From the NCBI GenBank assembly GCA_947489085.1, contig CANLCJ010000007.1, positions 36,467-100,466 of the forward strand: 64,000 nucleotides of DNA, in the 5' to 3' direction. The notes below the pieces were generated by a model. The model was not told where the DNA came from. It worked only from the letters and a program-made list of their open reading frames with translations, and ran no database searches. This document shows, one piece after another, positions 1 through 11,170 of this stretch; the first letter of the stretch is position 1; the number at the start of each line of letters is the position of its first letter. The stretch comes from an uncultured Flavobacteriaceae bacterium. GTDB lineage: Bacteria > Bacteroidota > Bacteroidia > Flavobacteriales > Flavobacteriaceae. The translations under genes and the position numbers were made by a program.

Positions 1-1166
1 TTCAAGGCTTTACGGCTAAATTTATCGATTTCTAATCCTGTTCCAGCATCAGAAGCGGGTTCGTTTGTAGCGCCAGAAGCCGTATATCCAAAGCGCATAA
101 CCGTCCAATTCCCTTTAGGTAATTTTGCTTTTAATTGACCTGAAGCATCCATTTTATCGGTCAGAACAATGATGTCGTCTTTTTTAATAAAGTCTTTGGC
201 TTTTGGGTTGCCTAGTGGCCTTTTATTTTTTCGGTAAGACGTAAATTCCAGTTCATTGCCTAAGGTATAATTTGCAGAAAGCTGCATCTCATAAATACCT
301 GCATCAAAATCGGTTTGCAGTCTGAAATAACGTGCTGAGATAGGTTTAAAATGATCTTTTACATAACATTCGTCCTTTCCTATACGCTGTAATTTAGTGG
401 TATGTGCTTTGGTGAAATTTACACCATCGTTAGATTTTAAAAGGGTAACGGTGCCTTTACGTTTGTTAAAAAATAGCGACATCGATTGTATGGCATGTGC
501 TTTCCCGTAATCGTATTGCACCCATTCCTTGGGTTTTAAGTCTGATAGGGTTGTTGTTTTACCATCGGTCGCTAAGGCGATATCAAAAGTCGCACTTGAT
601 GTTGTGATTTTTGGCGCTGCACTCGCATCTATAAGTTCGGTTTCTAAGGTTGGATAAGCCACTACAGCAATATCCTTATAAAAATCATGTCGTGCTGGTG
701 GTTGTGCGAGTTGTAATGTAACTTGTTTTCCGCCTTTTACAATTTGGCTGCTATGCACCACCACCTTCATAGCGTGTTCTGGTGTTACCCAAGGTCCTCC
801 GCTAGAGGTCCACCCATCGCAATTGTGTACCCCAAAACTTAGTCCCAAGGCTTCACATTCTTTGGCTGCATGCGTTAAAATATCGCGGTGTTCTTGCGAA
901 TTGTACGTTACATCGCCTTCTGGTAAGCCCATAGACACGTTAAATACCAAAATACCGCCTATACCAGCATCCTTTATGGCTTTTAAATCTTTTGTAAATC
1001 CTACTTTAGACATGTTATCGCTATTCACATGGTACCAGGTGCGTGGTTTTGAGTCCTGAGGCGGATTGATAAAGCCTGATTCGAGATGGCCTGTTGCTGC
1101 TGGCTTTTGTCCAAAGCCAATGGCTATAACAAAGAGCAGACTCCATAACAGATACTTTTTTATCAT
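1..1166 (-). CDS. GH106 alpha-L-rhamnosidase, N-terminal part (runs off the window start; not in the ORF track)
   Basis: Manual translation from ATG at 1166: MIKKYLLWSLLFVIAIGFGQ (signal peptide), GFINPPQDSKPRTWYH, DLKAIKDAGIGG, HNCDGWTSSGGPWVTPEHAMK, GNWTVMRFGYT, GLEIDKFS. These are typical GH106 N-terminal motifs. Confidence 0.85.
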   Translation of the reverse strand, partial: MIKKYLLWSLLFVIAIGFGQKPAATGHLESGFINPPQDSKPRTWYHVNSDNMSKVGFTKDLKAIKDAGIGGILVFNVSMGLPEGDVTYNSQEHRDILTHAAKECEALGLSFGVHNCDGWTSSGGPWVTPEHAMKVVVHSSQIVKGGKQVTLQLAQPPARHDFYKDIAVVAYPTLETELIDASAAPKITTSSATFDIALATDGKTTTLSDLKPKEWVQYDYGKAHAIQSMSLFFNKRKGTVTLLKSNDGVNFTKAHTTKLQRIGKDECYVKDHFKPISARYFRLQTDFDAGIYEMQLSANYTLGNELEFTSYRKNKRPLGNPKAKDFIKKDDIIVLTDKMDASGQLKAKLPKGNWTVMRFGYTASGATNEPASDAGTGLEIDKFSRKAL

Positions 1167-1193
1167 AATTTTAAACGCTTATTTTTTAATGAT

Positions 1194-3308
1194 TTATTCT
1201 TTTTTGTTCAGTACCCATACAACAGATTCCCCTGCATGCTCTCCTTGGGGCAATGCTACTTTTAACTGGGTTTTGCCATTGTGGTAGGTGCTATTTGCTG
1301 TTTTGTAATTGCCTTGAAGCGTCACTGTTACCGTTTTTAAAGTTTGTGTGGGGTCGCTAACTGCCAATTGTAAATGGTCTGCTTTTTCTTCTAATAAAAG
1401 TACGCAAGGGTGATCTACAGCAAGTCCGCCTTTAAGTTTTGAGTTGCCTTTTTTATAAAAAACCATTCCTGCTAATGTTCCATCCATACTTTCGACCGAC
1501 TGAAAGACCGCTGTATTCACAATTTTAAAAGGATGATTTTCATGCAGATTCATCATTTTTTCTTCTGATGCATTCGGTACTAAAATATACGTATAGGCTG
1601 CATTTGTAGGTCTCGCGCCATGGGATACCCATAACTTAAAAATATGCTCTGTTAAAAGCACAGGACGGTAGCGTTTTGCCACTTTATTCCAACTGCCAAC
1701 TAATATATTGGTTGCAATATTGGTGTTTTGATTTTTAGGAAAAAGGTAGCCAATGCTATCATGCAACACCCAATCTATAGCTGCATTTTTTTGTTTACGT
1801 ATGGGCTTCTGGATGTGACCTGCTTTACTAACAACAACATTCCTTTTTAAAAAGGATTGGTTAATTGCAGTAGTGGTTTCTGTATTTTTTTCTGATGAAA
1901 TATCAGTTCCCAAACACACAATAAAATCGTTAAACATGAACCACGATTTTTTGGCCTTTAGCCCATCTCTATCGTAATCCATTACTGCGATACCATTTTG
2001 TCCATTAGAAACGCCACCAACAAATACGCCATTGGTTTTAAAATCTCTAAATTTAATACTAGGTAGTTTAGCGGTGTCTTGCGCAATGGTTGTTCCTGGG
2101 AGTTTTTTCCAATCCCAAAACGGAAATACATTTTGATAGGCCTGGTTGTTTACCGACAGTAAGGCGAGCCCATCGCCCATGTAATAGCCTTGGATATTTT
2201 CGCTGTTTACCGACTCTGTGCCTACCACACGCTTGGAACTCATTTTAACAGAAAAGTAAAAGTCGTTACGACGGTGTACATGAAAATCTGATTCCCAAAA
2301 ATGTTTATTTCCTGATAAAACGGTGCTACTAATAGCTGCATCATAAGCCTTTGCATGAGGCTTATCTAACTGTTTCATCTGTTCTAAACAAACTTTTAAG
2401 CGTGCTGCTTTCTTTTGCTGTTCATCTTTGTAGAGATGTCGTCCTAAAGCGCTAACACCATAAGAATTATTCCAATATATCCATTGTTGCCCTTCTAAAA
2501 CGTAATTTCTTAAAGTAGCTATTTTATGTTTTTCAAATTGAAAAGGGGTCCCATTTACAAACGCATAGCATTGTATCATATTTTCTAAATACCACAGCCC
2601 ATAATTGCCAAATTGCAATTGCGCACCGTGTTCGTGATAGGACCAATCGGCTTTAATGCCTACATTTTTAGAAACTTTTAATTCTTCTTGAATGGCTTTG
2701 CTTGCCTCGGCTACAGTTTCTACATCTCGCAATAACAAGGATTTTAGTAGTACATTGGTCGCTAACCACACTTTATTTTGCCCAGACATTTTTATTTTAG
2801 CACGATTGGCGAGCACTATCCCTTTATCGAATTGCGTTTTGGTCAATTCACTTTCCATTAGCAACAGCGTTGGCAGCAAAAATTTAGGCACCCCAATGTG
2901 TTGATCGTGCCAATTGGCACTTAAAAAATCATGATCTAACCAATAGTCTAGGCTTTTGTGTATTTTTTTTGAAAGCGCTTTATCCTTATACAATTTTGAA
3001 CTTTTAGACGTATAGCTAATGGCTAAAATTTGCAAGTATTTTAAATGGTCTTTTACAGGCCATTCGCTCTTTATCTTAGTGCTATAGTCTATCGTATTCC
3101 AAGAACCGTCTTGCTGTAAGGTGGACAATAGATGGTCTACAATTTGCGGTTCTGCTTTGTGCTGCAAATAATAGTTTAAAACATTTTCATGCAATTGTGC
3201 TAGTGCTTCTGGGTACAATTGCTTTGTCTCCCTATCGGATGTATTACAACCTAATATAAGAAGAATAAGAACGCCTATACCATATGCTTTAAAATACTTG
3301 AGCACCAT
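1194..3308 (-). CDS. Polysaccharide lyase family 8 (chondroitinase AC-like fold), lipoprotein
   Basis: Lipobox LILGC; NWH..IG.P; DWSYHEHGAQLQFGNYG (catalytic His/Tyr region); SALGR; WDWKKLPGTT; AKKSWFMF; C-terminal AVSDPTQ. Confidence 0.85.
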   Translation of the reverse strand: MVLKYFKAYGIGVLILLILGCNTSDRETKQLYPEALAQLHENVLNYYLQHKAEPQIVDHLLSTLQQDGSWNTIDYSTKIKSEWPVKDHLKYLQILAISYTSKSSKLYKDKALSKKIHKSLDYWLDHDFLSANWHDQHIGVPKFLLPTLLLMESELTKTQFDKGIVLANRAKIKMSGQNKVWLATNVLLKSLLLRDVETVAEASKAIQEELKVSKNVGIKADWSYHEHGAQLQFGNYGLWYLENMIQCYAFVNGTPFQFEKHKIATLRNYVLEGQQWIYWNNSYGVSALGRHLYKDEQQKKAARLKVCLEQMKQLDKPHAKAYDAAISSTVLSGNKHFWESDFHVHRRNDFYFSVKMSSKRVVGTESVNSENIQGYYMGDGLALLSVNNQAYQNVFPFWDWKKLPGTTIAQDTAKLPSIKFRDFKTNGVFVGGVSNGQNGIAVMDYDRDGLKAKKSWFMFNDFIVCLGTDISSEKNTETTTAINQSFLKRNVVVSKAGHIQKPIRKQKNAAIDWVLHDSIGYLFPKNQNTNIATNILVGSWNKVAKRYRPVLLTEHIFKLWVSHGARPTNAAYTYILVPNASEEKMMNLHENHPFKIVNTAVFQSVESMDGTLAGMVFYKKGNSKLKGGLAVDHPCVLLLEEKADHLQLAVSDPTQTLKTVTVTLQGNYKTANSTYHNGKTQLKVALPQGEHAGESVVWVLNKKE

Positions 3309-3310
3309 AA

Positions 3311-6300
3311 TTAGTCAATAAACAGCTCGTCTATATATGGCCCACTCTTACCTGTGGTTTCTAATCGGATGCTATTAGCACCTGCTTTTAAGCGAATGAT
3401 AGTGGGCACAAACTTCCATTCTTTTTCCCAACCACCAGTGGACTTAAATTCTAAGGTTCTGATGTATTCGTCGTTCACATACAACTTCATAGGGTGCTTC
3501 TGCCCTTCGTTATTGTGCATGTATCGTAAACGAATGCTGTAATCGCCACCTTCGCCATCATTTTCTTGGTAAAATTCTACCGAGCCTTCTTTATTTTCAA
3601 AAGTTACAAAACCGCTTCCTTTAAAACGTCTCGCTTCTCGACTGGCTTTGGCATTGCCTTTCAAAATTCCATCTTCGGCAGAGAGGTTTACACCTCTACC
3701 AATCCACAGATCTTTAGAATGCTCATCACCCCAAAACAAACCTTTATCCTTACCAAAGGTTTCACTTAGCGTAAGTACCAGTTTGCCGTTTTGTTTTACA
3801 ATGGCTTTTACGGTTGTACCCTCTGTAATTGTGAAAGGTGCTTTATAAATGCGTCCCTTTGTTTCTGGGTCATCGCCATTCGTGGTATAGAACACCTCTA
3901 GTTTTGAAGATGCTTTTTTCCCTAAAACGGCGATCTCTTTAACATCAATAGTAATTTCGTTTGAAATGTATAGGGCCTTATCCCCTAAGATGGATGCGGT
4001 AAGTATTACTGCGTTTTTAGCATCGGGCAGAGCTCTTAGAAACAGTCGTGTTTTCCCAAAAAACAAGGCTCTATACTCCGATTTTGTTCTGCTTGTTGGA
4101 TCAATAGGATTTCCATTTTCCATAGAAATCTTTTTTATATCGCCTTGGATGGCATAATACACCTTGTTCTCTCCATAAGGATATAGGTTGCCTGATGCGT
4201 CTAAACTTTCTGAAGACACAATATAGCTTGTCGTAAAACTATCTTCTGCCTCTAGTTCCTGGATATGATTTTGTAGTGTTGATGGCTGCTTACTGGTTGT
4301 AAATGCCGTTTTTTTAATGATTTTCCCGTCTTTATAGGCTACAGCTTCTAGCGTGCCTTCTTCATAAGGGACCATCCATTCGCACTGCATTTCATTCCAC
4401 ACTGTTCCGGGTTTATCTTTTCCTAGGGATTTACCGTTTAAGAATAGCTCTACCTCATCGGCATTAGAATATACCCAAACTGGAATTACTGTGCCTTTTT
4501 CCATTCTTGGATGCGACCAGTGTGGCAGCATGTGGAGCATCGGGGTTTTGGTCCACTGGCTTTTATAAAAGTAAAACAGGTCTTTTTTAAATCCTGCAAC
4601 GTCTAAAGCCCCTCCCATAAATAAGTTGAAAGGCAAACCGCCATGTACTAAACCTGCTTCTCCGTAATAATCGAAACCTGTCCATCTAAAATGTCCACTA
4701 TGCCATGGATTATCCCGCATCACCTCCCAGTATTTTCGTGCTGATACGCGAACCGTTGCATTGTCGTAAGACGAATTGAAACTTTGCTTTCTGTTGCGCC
4801 AGTTTTTGGGGTTGATTCCTTCATAAAAGAAAATTTCTTTTTCTGTGAGGTTTGGCAATGGGTAGGTTCCTGGTAATTCGTTATCGCGCCACCAGGTCTG
4901 GGTTCTGTAATAGCCTCTGGTTTGCCATGTGTGCGGTGCTTCTGTAGAGATAAAAGGTTTCTCAAAGGTTTTAGTTTCTATAAAGGTTTTGGTTTCTGAA
5001 CCACCATTTACGCCTTCAATATCCATATCTTCTGGATTTCCTGCCCCTGAAGTAAACAATCGTGTGGGATCTAACTGCTTGCCAAATTTCACCAATTCTG
5101 GACCAATAGGGCTATGGGTTTCATTTCCTAAACTCCACACAAAGATACTCGCATGGTTACGGTCTCTGGTAATCCATTCTGTAACATCGCGCTGCCACCA
5201 TGCATCAAAGGCTTGTTTGCCATAATCTTGGGGTGCTTTTTTATGCCAGCCATCAAAAATTTCATCCATTACTAACAATCCTATTTCATCACAAATGTCG
5301 TAGAACATCGGTGGTGTTGGGTTGTGCGAAGGTCGTATTGCATTAATGCCCATAGCTTTTAAGGATTGAAGTTTCCAACGTAACAAAGGTTTTGTCCACG
5401 CGCCACCTACAGGGCCGCCTTCCCAATGCTCACAAACTCCTTTTAGTTTTACATTTTCACCATTAAGCCAAAAGCCTGTATTGGTATCCCATTTTACGGT
5501 TTTAAAACCAAAAGTGGTATGCACTTCATCTATCACCTTTTTACCGTCTAAAATTTGAGTAATGGCTTTATACAAGGTTGGGCTTTCTGGACTCCACAAT
5601 TGGGGTTTCGCGACCGTTAATTCTATAGTATTTAAGCCGCCGTTTATGCTAACCTGCTTCTTGTTTATTATTTTTCCCTTTGGAGATATTACTTTAACCT
5701 TATAGGCTAAACCTTTGTGTTGCCCATTAACTTCAGCATCAATACTAACGGTTGCCGTTGCTGTGGTTATGGATGGTGTCTTTATAAATATACCATTGGG
5801 CTTAAAATGTACAGGGTTAACCTCTATCAACTTTACAGCGGCATAAATCCCACAGGGGTGGTACCAACGTGCAGAAGGCTCTAGAGCATTATCTACACGA
5901 ACAGCAATCGTGTTTTTTCCTGCTTTTAGATGTTTTGAAATGTCGTAACGAAAACTAATATAGCCATAAGGTCTTTTGGCTAAATACGTTCCATTAACCC
6001 AGACTTCACTGTTCATATAAACCCCATCAAAATTAATGTATGTGATGTTTGATAAACTTTTCTTCTCGACCGTAAAAGTCTTGCGGTACCAACCAATACC
6101 ACCATCGTGGTAGCCGCCGCCTTGACCTTGATCGCCACCTTTGCGTACGCCTTTCTCAAAAGACCAATCGTGAGGCATATTTAAAGCCGTCCAATTGGAG
6201 ACGTCTACAGTTTCTTTAGAAAATGATGCATCATCTTCTAAAATAAAACTCCAATGGTTATTAAAGTTGGTTTCTACACGTTGCGCAAAAGAAGATAAGG

Positions 6301-6358
6301 CTGCAAATACACCTATTGCAACACTTAGATACAGATTGAAAAATTGTTGTTTATACAT
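3311..6358 (-). CDS. GH2 glycoside hydrolase with DUF4982-like, Fn3-associated and C-terminal CBM35/CBM6-like modules
   Basis: GIGWYRKTF, FDGVYMNSEVWVNG, GINAIRPSHNP, CDEIGLLVMDE, RDRNHASIFVWSLGNE, WTGFDYYGE, VFYTTNGDDP, C-terminal FKSTGGW..W / LKAGANSIRL / GPYIDEL. Confidence 0.9.
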   Translation of the reverse strand: MYKQQFFNLYLSVAIGVFAALSSFAQRVETNFNNHWSFILEDDASFSKETVDVSNWTALNMPHDWSFEKGVRKGGDQGQGGGYHDGGIGWYRKTFTVEKKSLSNITYINFDGVYMNSEVWVNGTYLAKRPYGYISFRYDISKHLKAGKNTIAVRVDNALEPSARWYHPCGIYAAVKLIEVNPVHFKPNGIFIKTPSITTATATVSIDAEVNGQHKGLAYKVKVISPKGKIINKKQVSINGGLNTIELTVAKPQLWSPESPTLYKAITQILDGKKVIDEVHTTFGFKTVKWDTNTGFWLNGENVKLKGVCEHWEGGPVGGAWTKPLLRWKLQSLKAMGINAIRPSHNPTPPMFYDICDEIGLLVMDEIFDGWHKKAPQDYGKQAFDAWWQRDVTEWITRDRNHASIFVWSLGNETHSPIGPELVKFGKQLDPTRLFTSGAGNPEDMDIEGVNGGSETKTFIETKTFEKPFISTEAPHTWQTRGYYRTQTWWRDNELPGTYPLPNLTEKEIFFYEGINPKNWRNRKQSFNSSYDNATVRVSARKYWEVMRDNPWHSGHFRWTGFDYYGEAGLVHGGLPFNLFMGGALDVAGFKKDLFYFYKSQWTKTPMLHMLPHWSHPRMEKGTVIPVWVYSNADEVELFLNGKSLGKDKPGTVWNEMQCEWMVPYEEGTLEAVAYKDGKIIKKTAFTTSKQPSTLQNHIQELEAEDSFTTSYIVSSESLDASGNLYPYGENKVYYAIQGDIKKISMENGNPIDPTSRTKSEYRALFFGKTRLFLRALPDAKNAVILTASILGDKALYISNEITIDVKEIAVLGKKASSKLEVFYTTNGDDPETKGRIYKAPFTITEGTTVKAIVKQNGKLVLTLSETFGKDKGLFWGDEHSKDLWIGRGVNLSAEDGILKGNAKASREARRFKGSGFVTFENKEGSVEFYQENDGEGGDYSIRLRYMHNNEGQKHPMKLYVNDEYIRTLEFKSTGGWEKEWKFVPTIIRLKAGANSIRLETTGKSGPYIDELFID

Positions 6359-6423
6359 TGTCTGTTTTAATTTATGTGGTAAATGATTGGCTTAAAACAA
6401 AACCATCATCGCATTATAGAAAT

Positions 6424-7902
6424 CTATTTTTTTCTTTGCTTTCTACTTCGATCATTCTGTAAAAAAGGCCCTTTATCTTTTGGAATTTCAGATTCTAAAA
6501 GTGCTTTCATTTTACGTTCTACTTTTTTATACTTTGCATTGCCTGATAGGTTTACAAAAGATAACAAGCTATTTTTATGTTCGTACAATTCTGCACTTAA
6601 CACTTTCTGCGTCTTCGCATCTCTCCATTCTGTATACCTCCAATTGCCATCTGTTGCGGTACACCCCATAATGTTTTTACCACGAGCATATACACTTGTG
6701 GCTACTTTATCCCACTCTTTATTAGGCTCATCTAATAAAGGCATGATACTTTTACCATCGAATGCTTTGCCCTCGATATTACAATAGTCTACTAGTGTTG
6801 GAAAAATATCGACATTCTCTACCAATGCATTAGATGCTACGCCTGTCTTACGCTTTTCATAGCCTGTTTCTCTACTGATGATTAACGGCACACGCACATC
6901 GATCTCTACATTAGAATGCTTGCACCAAGCGCCATATTCTCCAATTTTATACCCATGGTCGCTCATAAACACAACCATCGTGTTTTTGCGCAAATCTAAA
7001 TCTTCTAACGTTTTCATGACTTTCCCTACTTGGGCATCGATATAACTTATAGAGGCATGGTAGCCATGAATTAAATCGCGGGTTAAATCATCGTCTAAAT
7101 CTCCCTCTTTAGGAATACCGTGATAACCTTTTAATTCGCCCCATTTTGTGAGTGCCAAACGGTAAGCCCCTTCTGGTTTTTTTCTAGAAGGAATTTCAAA
7201 ATCATTTTTATTGTACAAATCCCAATACTTTTTTGGAGCATTAAAAGGCAAATGCGGTTTACTTAAACCTACAAACATTAAAAATTTATCGTCTTTTAAT
7301 TTTTCTAAGGTTTCTATAGCGTATTTAGCAGCGCGCCCATCTTTATACGCTTCGTCTGGCACATCTGCGCGATCGAAAGCAGGACCTTTAACGGGTTTCC
7401 CTTCGCTTTTAAGCCGCTCTAAAAGTGCTTTATTTTCGGGAGCATTATACGTGTTTGGTTCTTTTCCATAATAAACAGACCATTCTTTTTTATCATCAGT
7501 ACCATGATGATATACTTTACCAATACTCACCGTTTTGTACCCGTTTTTCTCAAACAATTGCGGCATAGACACCACATCTTTATGCACTGATCTTAAAGAC
7601 GTAAAAATGCTATAAATTCCTAAATTTTGAGGGCGGATTCCTGTTAGTGTACTCATTCGGGAAGGTGCGCAAATGGCTTGCTGTACATAGGCTTTTTTAA
7701 ATAAAACACCTTCTGTTGCTAATTGATCGATATGAGGTGTTTTGGCAGTGGGGCTGCCATAACAGCCTAATTCAGCTCTTAAGTCATCTACATAAAACAC
7801 CAATACATTTGGGGCTTTTGTAGAGGCATCTGTTTTTTCTTGTTGAGCAGTAACACAAAGTGTACTGATGAATAGAAGTCCTAATACTATGATTTTTTTC
7901 AT
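6424..7902 (-). CDS. S1 sulfatase (iduronate-2-sulfatase-like, tentatively S1_7)
   Basis: [16 protein letters not shown] formylglycine motif, [20 protein letters not shown]; signal peptide. Confidence 0.9.
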   Translation of the reverse strand: MKKIIVLGLLFISTLCVTAQQEKTDASTKAPNVLVFYVDDLRAELGCYGSPTAKTPHIDQLATEGVLFKKAYVQQAICAPSRMSTLTGIRPQNLGIYSIFTSLRSVHKDVVSMPQLFEKNGYKTVSIGKVYHHGTDDKKEWSVYYGKEPNTYNAPENKALLERLKSEGKPVKGPAFDRADVPDEAYKDGRAAKYAIETLEKLKDDKFLMFVGLSKPHLPFNAPKKYWDLYNKNDFEIPSRKKPEGAYRLALTKWGELKGYHGIPKEGDLDDDLTRDLIHGYHASISYIDAQVGKVMKTLEDLDLRKNTMVVFMSDHGYKIGEYGAWCKHSNVEIDVRVPLIISRETGYEKRKTGVASNALVENVDIFPTLVDYCNIEGKAFDGKSIMPLLDEPNKEWDKVATSVYARGKNIMGCTATDGNWRYTEWRDAKTQKVLSAELYEHKNSLLSFVNLSGNAKYKKVERKMKALLESEIPKDKGPFLQNDRSRKQRKK

Positions 7903-7922
7903 TTGTGTGATATAAATTAATC

Positions 7923-9419
7923 TTATTTAACGGGTTTTGGTGATTGCACAACGCCTTTGCCTTCTTTAAATTTCCAAAATGGAATGGCAGGTTTGTTTTC
8001 TGCAAACACGTAATTGTATTTTTTGAGGTAATAGTCCCTCGATTTAAATTCGTCGCCTAAGGCATCTAACTTCTCCATTAATGTGGCATCTAATTCCTTT
8101 TGAAGCGCTGTAAACTCTGGATTATCTAATAAATTGTTCATTTGATAAGGGTCTGCTACGTTATCGAAAAACAAATTTGGCCCTTCTGTAGTTCTGCCAT
8201 AGGTGTATTGTTTTGTTCTTATAGCACGGTAAGGGAGTTGTTTGAAATTTGATGCAAAAGGCGCTACATTCATTACTAAGGCGGCACGGTCTGCGTTTGG
8301 ATCTGGATGTGTTATCAATTGGGTTAAATCCTCGCCTTCTATACCTTCAGGGATTTTGATATTGGACAAGCCTAATAAGGATGGTAAAATATCTGGTGTG
8401 GTTAAAGGGGCATTGACCACAGCGCCTTTTTGGCTGTCCATACCTGGGTATCTTATTAAAAAGGGTACACGAATAGATTCATCCCAAGCCATTTGCTTAA
8501 CCCAAGGTCTTATCCCATGAGCTCCCATCATTTCGCCATGGTCTGCTGAAAACACAATGATGGTATTATCAGACAGGTTTAGGGTTTCGATTTGTTTTAG
8601 CAAACGCCCAATAGCTTCGTCGGTTGCTGTAGCATGTGCATAATAGCCTTGTAATTCTTCTCGGGTACGCTTTTCTAATCTCTTAGGAACATTAGGGTTT
8701 AATGTTAACGCCTCTTTAGGATACAGATCTTTGTACTTTTGCGGTGCAGAATGGTGCGGAAAATGAGGCGTTGCTATAGACAATACCGCTAAAAAAGGGG
8801 CTTCGTCTTTGGCATGTGCCTCTAAGTATTTATTCGCATCTTCTACAATAGCAAAAGGTGAATAGTCTTTCCAGTATTTTAGTTCGGGATTGTCATTATC
8901 ATAATACGGCATTTTATTGTAATTATGCGAACATTCTAATCCTTTCCAATAGGTAAATCCTTGGCGACGTTCTTTAGGAATAAATCCTTGACGTCCATGA
9001 CCATCCAAATGCCATTTGCCCCAATAAGCTGTGTTATACCCTTCGGCTTTATATATCTCGGCCATGGTTACTTCTTCTGAGGGTAAGTATATATCGTTAA
9101 CAATCATTCCCGTTGTTGTGGGGAACTTCCCTGTAAAAAGCGCTGCCCTATGCGGCGTACATACTGGTAAAACAGATACCGCGTTGGTAAAGTTGATTGC
9201 TGTTTTTGCAAAGGCATCTAAATTAGGCGTTTTCACGTCTTTATTTCCAGCATAACCTAAGGCTGAACCCCTCCATTGATCGGTTAAAATGTAAACAATA
9301 TTGGGTTTTCGTTCCTCTACATCCTCACTAGTATTAGATGTAATGTTTTTGGGTTTACAACTAAATAGTACACTTACTAGAATGACTAGAATTAGTTTAT
9401 AATGCCTTTGCTTTTTCAT
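7923..9419 (-). CDS. S1 sulfatase, lipoprotein (paralogue of 11171..12673)
   Basis: [18 protein letters not shown] motif, GKWHL, SADHGE; lipobox LFSC. Confidence 0.9.
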   Translation of the reverse strand: MKKQRHYKLILVILVSVLFSCKPKNITSNTSEDVEERKPNIVYILTDQWRGSALGYAGNKDVKTPNLDAFAKTAINFTNAVSVLPVCTPHRAALFTGKFPTTTGMIVNDIYLPSEEVTMAEIYKAEGYNTAYWGKWHLDGHGRQGFIPKERRQGFTYWKGLECSHNYNKMPYYDNDNPELKYWKDYSPFAIVEDANKYLEAHAKDEAPFLAVLSIATPHFPHHSAPQKYKDLYPKEALTLNPNVPKRLEKRTREELQGYYAHATATDEAIGRLLKQIETLNLSDNTIIVFSADHGEMMGAHGIRPWVKQMAWDESIRVPFLIRYPGMDSQKGAVVNAPLTTPDILPSLLGLSNIKIPEGIEGEDLTQLITHPDPNADRAALVMNVAPFASNFKQLPYRAIRTKQYTYGRTTEGPNLFFDNVADPYQMNNLLDNPEFTALQKELDATLMEKLDALGDEFKSRDYYLKKYNYVFAENKPAIPFWKFKEGKGVVQSPKPVK

Positions 9420-9427
9420 CCTATTCT

Positions 9428-11128
9428 TTAAATTTTTTGAGCTTTTGTATAGACACCTGTTCGATTCAATTCGTCATAAATACGTGCTTTCCAAAAATAG
9501 GCGTTGCCTTTTTTCAATTTAACTGTGTTTGGTTTTATAACTTCGTTTGCAGCACTTTTTACTCTGGTACTATTCCAAACATCTCCAATATTATTATCGA
9601 TATTTTCTTGAGAAGACGCTACCAAAATTTGGTATGCCGTTTGTTGTTGCGTTTTATCAGACACGGTCCATTGGAATTTTTCACCATCAAACGTGCTGTT
9701 TAAAGCTTCTAATACATAGGGGTCTTTGTACTTGTTTATTAAGTCTTCACACTTGGCTCTCAGATTCTTTAATACGTCTTGATACTGTGCATTATCTACA
9801 AGGTTATTTGTTTCTCTAGGATCGTCTTTAAGGTTGTATAATTCTTCTATAGATTTATCGTTAACATACCTAAAGTATTTCCAGTCTTTTGTGCGTACAC
9901 CTTCACTTGGTGTTATATTCTTAAAGTCCCATAGGTGTTCTACTAAAATGGTATCGCGCTCTAAGTTTACGTTTTCTTTTTCTACAAATGGTTTTAAACT
10001 TTTACCGTGCCAAGTTGCTGGTGCTTTAACACCTGCAAAGTCTAATATGGTAGATGGTATGTCTATGTTTAATGCCATTTGTTCAACATCTTTGTGTGTT
10101 GGATTTCTTGGATCGTAAATAATTAAAGGTACTCTTAATGAGTTGTCGTACATTAACCATTTTCCAGCTATTTGACGTTCGCCTAAAAAGAATCCATTAT
10201 CGCCCATTACTACAATAACGGTGTTATCGGCTATGCCTTTTGCTTCTAGTTTTGCTCTAATTTTAGCTATTTCATTGTCTATTCCTGCAAGCATTCTAAA
10301 ATACCCTTTAACACTGTGTTGGTATTTTTCTGGAGTATCGTAACGCCAGTGCCAACGTAAACGGTTAAAGCCGTTTTTTACGAGTTGTGGTAGTTTGTCG
10401 TAATAAGCATCGGTTGCTATATTGGCTTCTGGTACTGTTACATTTTCTAAAATATGGTTGTTTTCTTCTTGCCAGAAGTATTGTTCTACAGTATTATCAC
10501 TGGCATGTGGTGCACTAAAGCTTAGTTGTAGGCAAAATGGCTTGTCTGCTGGTGCTTTGTCTATAAATTGCAATGCTTTTTCTCCTGTATAGCGGGTTAG
10601 GTGTACGGTGTCTTTACCTAATGTTTTGTAGTAATAACTGGTATAGTCTTTTTTGTTGTAACGTATCCCGAAATTTTCATGTGCATCGTATAGAGAGTCT
10701 AACTTTTTATATTTTACGCCAAACTTCCCATAAAGCCCTGTATAATAGCCTGATTTTTTTAACAATCGTGGATAGGCATTTTCCATATACGCGTCTTTAA
10801 TTGCCGTTGTAGTAAAGCTATAATTGTGGGTACGCTCTTGTAAGCCACTTATTATACTGGCTCTACTAGCGGAGCATATTGGTGTTGTTGCTATAGTATT
10901 TTTAAAAAACACCCCACTTTCTGCTAGCTTATCCATTTCTGGTGTGTGAGCTAGTTTATTACCTACATAGCCTAAGGCATCCCACCTTTGGTCGTCTGTA
11001 AGTATAAAAATAATGTTTGGTTTTTTTTCTTCTACTTGCGCTACTTCTGTTATTTTCTTACCGCAAGCCGTTTGTAACATGGCTATAAAAACTAGTGCTG
11101 TTAGTTTTAAAGTTTCTTTTATCTTCAT
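9428..11128 (-). CDS. S1 sulfatase (tentatively S1_25) with a C-terminal remnant of a GH78 N-terminal domain
   Basis: KPNIIFILTDDQR, CSASR, GDNGFFLGER; lipobox QTAC. The last ~90 aa (QTAYQILVASS..DVWNS..YFWKARIYDE) align with the N-termini of the GH78 proteins in this window. Confidence 0.85.
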   Translation of the reverse strand: MKIKETLKLTALVFIAMLQTACGKKITEVAQVEEKKPNIIFILTDDQRWDALGYVGNKLAHTPEMDKLAESGVFFKNTIATTPICSASRASIISGLQERTHNYSFTTTAIKDAYMENAYPRLLKKSGYYTGLYGKFGVKYKKLDSLYDAHENFGIRYNKKDYTSYYYKTLGKDTVHLTRYTGEKALQFIDKAPADKPFCLQLSFSAPHASDNTVEQYFWQEENNHILENVTVPEANIATDAYYDKLPQLVKNGFNRLRWHWRYDTPEKYQHSVKGYFRMLAGIDNEIAKIRAKLEAKGIADNTVIVVMGDNGFFLGERQIAGKWLMYDNSLRVPLIIYDPRNPTHKDVEQMALNIDIPSTILDFAGVKAPATWHGKSLKPFVEKENVNLERDTILVEHLWDFKNITPSEGVRTKDWKYFRYVNDKSIEELYNLKDDPRETNNLVDNAQYQDVLKNLRAKCEDLINKYKDPYVLEALNSTFDGEKFQWTVSDKTQQQTAYQILVASSQENIDNNIGDVWNSTRVKSAANEVIKPNTVKLKKGNAYFWKARIYDELNRTGVYTKAQKI

Positions 11129-11170
11129 TGTTCGTATCGCTATTGTTGTTATTAATCGATTAGTAGTTTT

